A stretch of DNA of 64,000 nt, taken from the NCBI GenBank assembly GCA_012295275.1, contig CM022670.1:41850001-41914000 (forward strand), in the 5' to 3' direction. The notes under the pieces are model-generated. The model was not told the DNA's origin. It saw nothing but the letters and a program-made list of their open reading frames with translations, and ran no database searches. Shown piece after piece: positions 40,326 to 64,000 of the stretch. Position 1 is the first letter of the stretch. Each line of letters begins with the position of its first letter. The position numbers were made by a program, and so were the translations under genes. Source of the DNA: Chrysomallon squamiferum (taxonomy: Eukaryota; Animalia; Mollusca).

Positions 40326-40749
40326 TAATCACGGGGTAGCCGTCACGAGACCAGCGCGAGGCAGTGCCCTGAATACCACTGATAGAGCGAAGTGTGTTGA
40401 TTATTTTGCGTAGACAGTCTAATGTTTATTTAACATGAACGATGAATTATTCATATTTTTTATCATCGTATTTGCTGATAAAGCTAATCATTGAAATCAT
40501 TTGAATAGTTTAATACAGTCTGTCTGTATTCCTGAACTGAATAAATAAATAAATAAATAAATAAATAAAGATAAATAAATAATCATTAACGATATAATAC
40601 TAATACTGATAATGAAATTTTAAAAGAGGACCGCACTGAAATACACACTAACAAACATAAACACGCACACAACACATTAATTTTGTATAAATAAATTAAT
40701 TTAGGGGGAAAGGAAAACATTTTCATCGTAAATGGCTTATTTATTTATT

Positions 40750-40800
<51 letters not shown>

Positions 40801-40874
40801 TGTTTCTTCTAGACCTTCAAATTTATATCTGTTTAGCTTTTAACACAGTATAACCAAGAGGTCACGTTACAACA

Positions 40875-41385
40875 AATACTGCTACTGCTGCTGCTGCTGC
40901 TGCTACTACTACTACTACTACTACGATTACTACTACTACAATTTCTACCAATTTGTTGCTACTGTTGTTGTGTTACTGTTATTTCTACCACTGTTTCTGT
41001 TGCTACTGTTACTACTACCACTACGATTACTACTACTACTACAATTACTACAGTTGTTGCTACTACAATTTCTACCACTGTTGTTGCTATTGTTATTACT
41101 ATACTGTTACTACTTCTACCAGTAGTTCTGTTACTTCTGCTATTACTATAACTTCTACTACTAATATTAGCTGTTTTGTTGTTTTTACTGATATATTACT
41201 ACTTGTACTACTACAAGTATTACTACAAGTACTGCTGCCACTACTGCTACTATTATTTCTACTACTGCTACAACTACTACTACAACTTCTGCTGCTGCTA
41301 CTACTACTATAATACTACTGCTCTTGTTGTTATTATTATTATTTTTGTTGTTATATTGTTTTTGTTGTGTTGTTATTATTATTTC

Positions 41386-41428
<43 letters not shown>

Positions 41429-41460
41429 TTATTTATTTATTTATTTATTTATTTATTTTC
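40875..41460. repeat. Compound trinucleotide low-complexity tract (CTG/CTA/TTA)
   Basis: Mixed triplet runs between the protease promoter and the GAREM-like 3' end. Confidence 0.9.
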
Positions 41461-42170
41461 ATTCTTCTTGTCCTTCGTACTGTGGCTGCAGTTTTAAGTC
41501 ATATTTACACATACGATATCTGCCAGTTTACAGTTTTACGTATGTTACAAAAAGATGACGTGGATAATCACATCAAACTTCACAACTTATTTGTCAACAA
41601 CGACCATGACGACGTTTATTTTTATTATCATCCTAAATAAATAATTATAACATTCCAAAAGACGTTTACCTTTTTCAGGCAGTAAATATAATGAAAAGTT
41701 CATTTTTAATTCATTTTTAACAATAAACTCAAAAGACTGAGTCCTCGCGAGTACTATGAATTATCGATAATTATATTTCTAATGAAAATCTTAATTATTT
41801 TTTCCACTCCATATCTCGTATTATAAAATTACTATTCTTTTTCTTTGAACTCATGCGCACAGCAGTGTTGCTAATGTTACTGTCATTTTATCAAAGCCTG
41901 CCTGACTTAATCGGAATTAACATGTTTCATCTTCTTATTATTAAGACTAATAAAAATAATTTTAATAGTGAAATGTAATTTTATCAGGAATGTTAGACTG
42001 TGTTTTCTGAAGTTTGATTATTTACGTCTGGAGTGTGTGGAATATGTTCAGGTCAGATAATCCTAATTGTTATTAGACTGCAAGCATTACAGACGTTTAT
42101 TTGAAACCATATAGCACCTTAACCCGATTCATTTCAGTTTGAATAGATAAATAACTAAATAATAATAATA

Positions 42171-42224
<54 letters not shown>

Positions 42225-42744
42225 TAATAACAAAATAAAGTAAAAAATAAAACAACAAAGATAGTTTTTGAAAACGCCATATATTTACAATATTTACAGT
42301 GTATTTATTTGTATTGAAACACACAGATTCTTACTGACTGTATCAGTAAATTAACTTTGTTTTAATGCTTGTTTTTACCAATAATAACAATAATAAAAAA
42401 TATTCTTTCTTGTGAATTTCATTTTGAATGGAAGGCAAGAAATAAGACATACATCAATTTACAAAACGATGTGAATGTTTTTTTTATTTAACATTTTTCT
42501 GTTGTATTACGGATATTAAACTTATCTGTAAATGACAGAATAGCTGCTATATATATATATACACAATAAAACATGTATACTGAAGTATAGTGAAATATAT
42601 TAAACATGTATATTAATACTTGCATTTACTTTGATATGTGATTAACATTTAAAAAATCAGATCTAACAGACACTTTATGTACATAAATGCTGACTCGCTG
42701 TTTACATAAAGTTTACATAAAGTTTACATAAAGTTTACATAAAG

Positions 42745-63405
<20,661 letters not shown>

Positions 63406-64000
63406 CTTGCCTCTGCTTAACTACAGGACGCCGTCTTATGTCGGCTGCTACTGTTGCTCCGGCGCTGTTGCTGTTGCTGTTGCTGTTGCTGAGAACATAT
63501 GGACAGCCGTTGTTTCATGATCGTCGAAGAGACACACTGAAAATACAACACTGTCGTCAGAAAGAAGTGAACGCAGAGCAAATGTTTACATTTCCCTGCG
63601 CTGTCCAGCGGAAAGGTAAATCTCGCAAGTGTTGTCGGGAAATTCGCGGCACATTATCGACAGCAGACGACAAGCGCTTCTCGTCAAATGTTGGTCGCGG
63701 CGTGCAGTGAGTTCTCCCCCACAGAGCAAAAACCGGTTTTCTTCACTCGGCTAAGTACATTAGTAAAAAATAAACACCCAGCCTCACACTCGTCAGCCCT
63801 GTGAACAAGTTAATACGAGGCTAATTAATAATATGTAATTGTATTACAACACCCGCGTGAAGTGATCGCTTTGTTGATTTCTCTGTTACTGGTCTGTGTC
63901 TGTCACTAACAGTTTTGCTAACACTGGTTTTGGCATATTTCCAGTTTTTATGTTTCTGTTTATTTATGGTATTTTTTTTTTTTTATTATTATTTAGTTAA

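Overview
AT-rich, intron-rich animal genomic DNA, full of microsatellites and minisatellites. SINE-like remnants suggest a gastropod mollusc (inference from recalled repeat sequences, not a search). There are no prokaryotic features. Six protein-coding genes were reconstructed by hand from GT-AG boundaries and reading-frame phase: (1) the 5' end of a probable Asx/ASXL gene (minus, runs off the left edge); (2) a 20-exon CCDC178-like gene (plus) with a 19-nt frame-breaking insertion in exon 3; (3) an uncharacterised protein of three tandem ~100-aa beta-rich repeats in one exon (minus); (4) a 4-exon TEX56/DUF4523-like gene (plus); (5) a 10-exon 26/29-kDa-proteinase/CfaD-type papain-family protease (minus) with a CLEAR-like E-box; (6) a 2-exon GAREM-like CABIT+SAM adaptor with an 18-kb intron (minus). 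Main observations: many intronic tandem arrays are built from copies of the adjacent splice site, two of them as repeated AG|GT junctions; these arrays sit in CpG-depleted genes; ASXL-CCDC178-GAREM mirrors human 18q12.1; and the triple-repeat gene has no family I can name. Most short ORFs in the supplied track are repeat artefacts.
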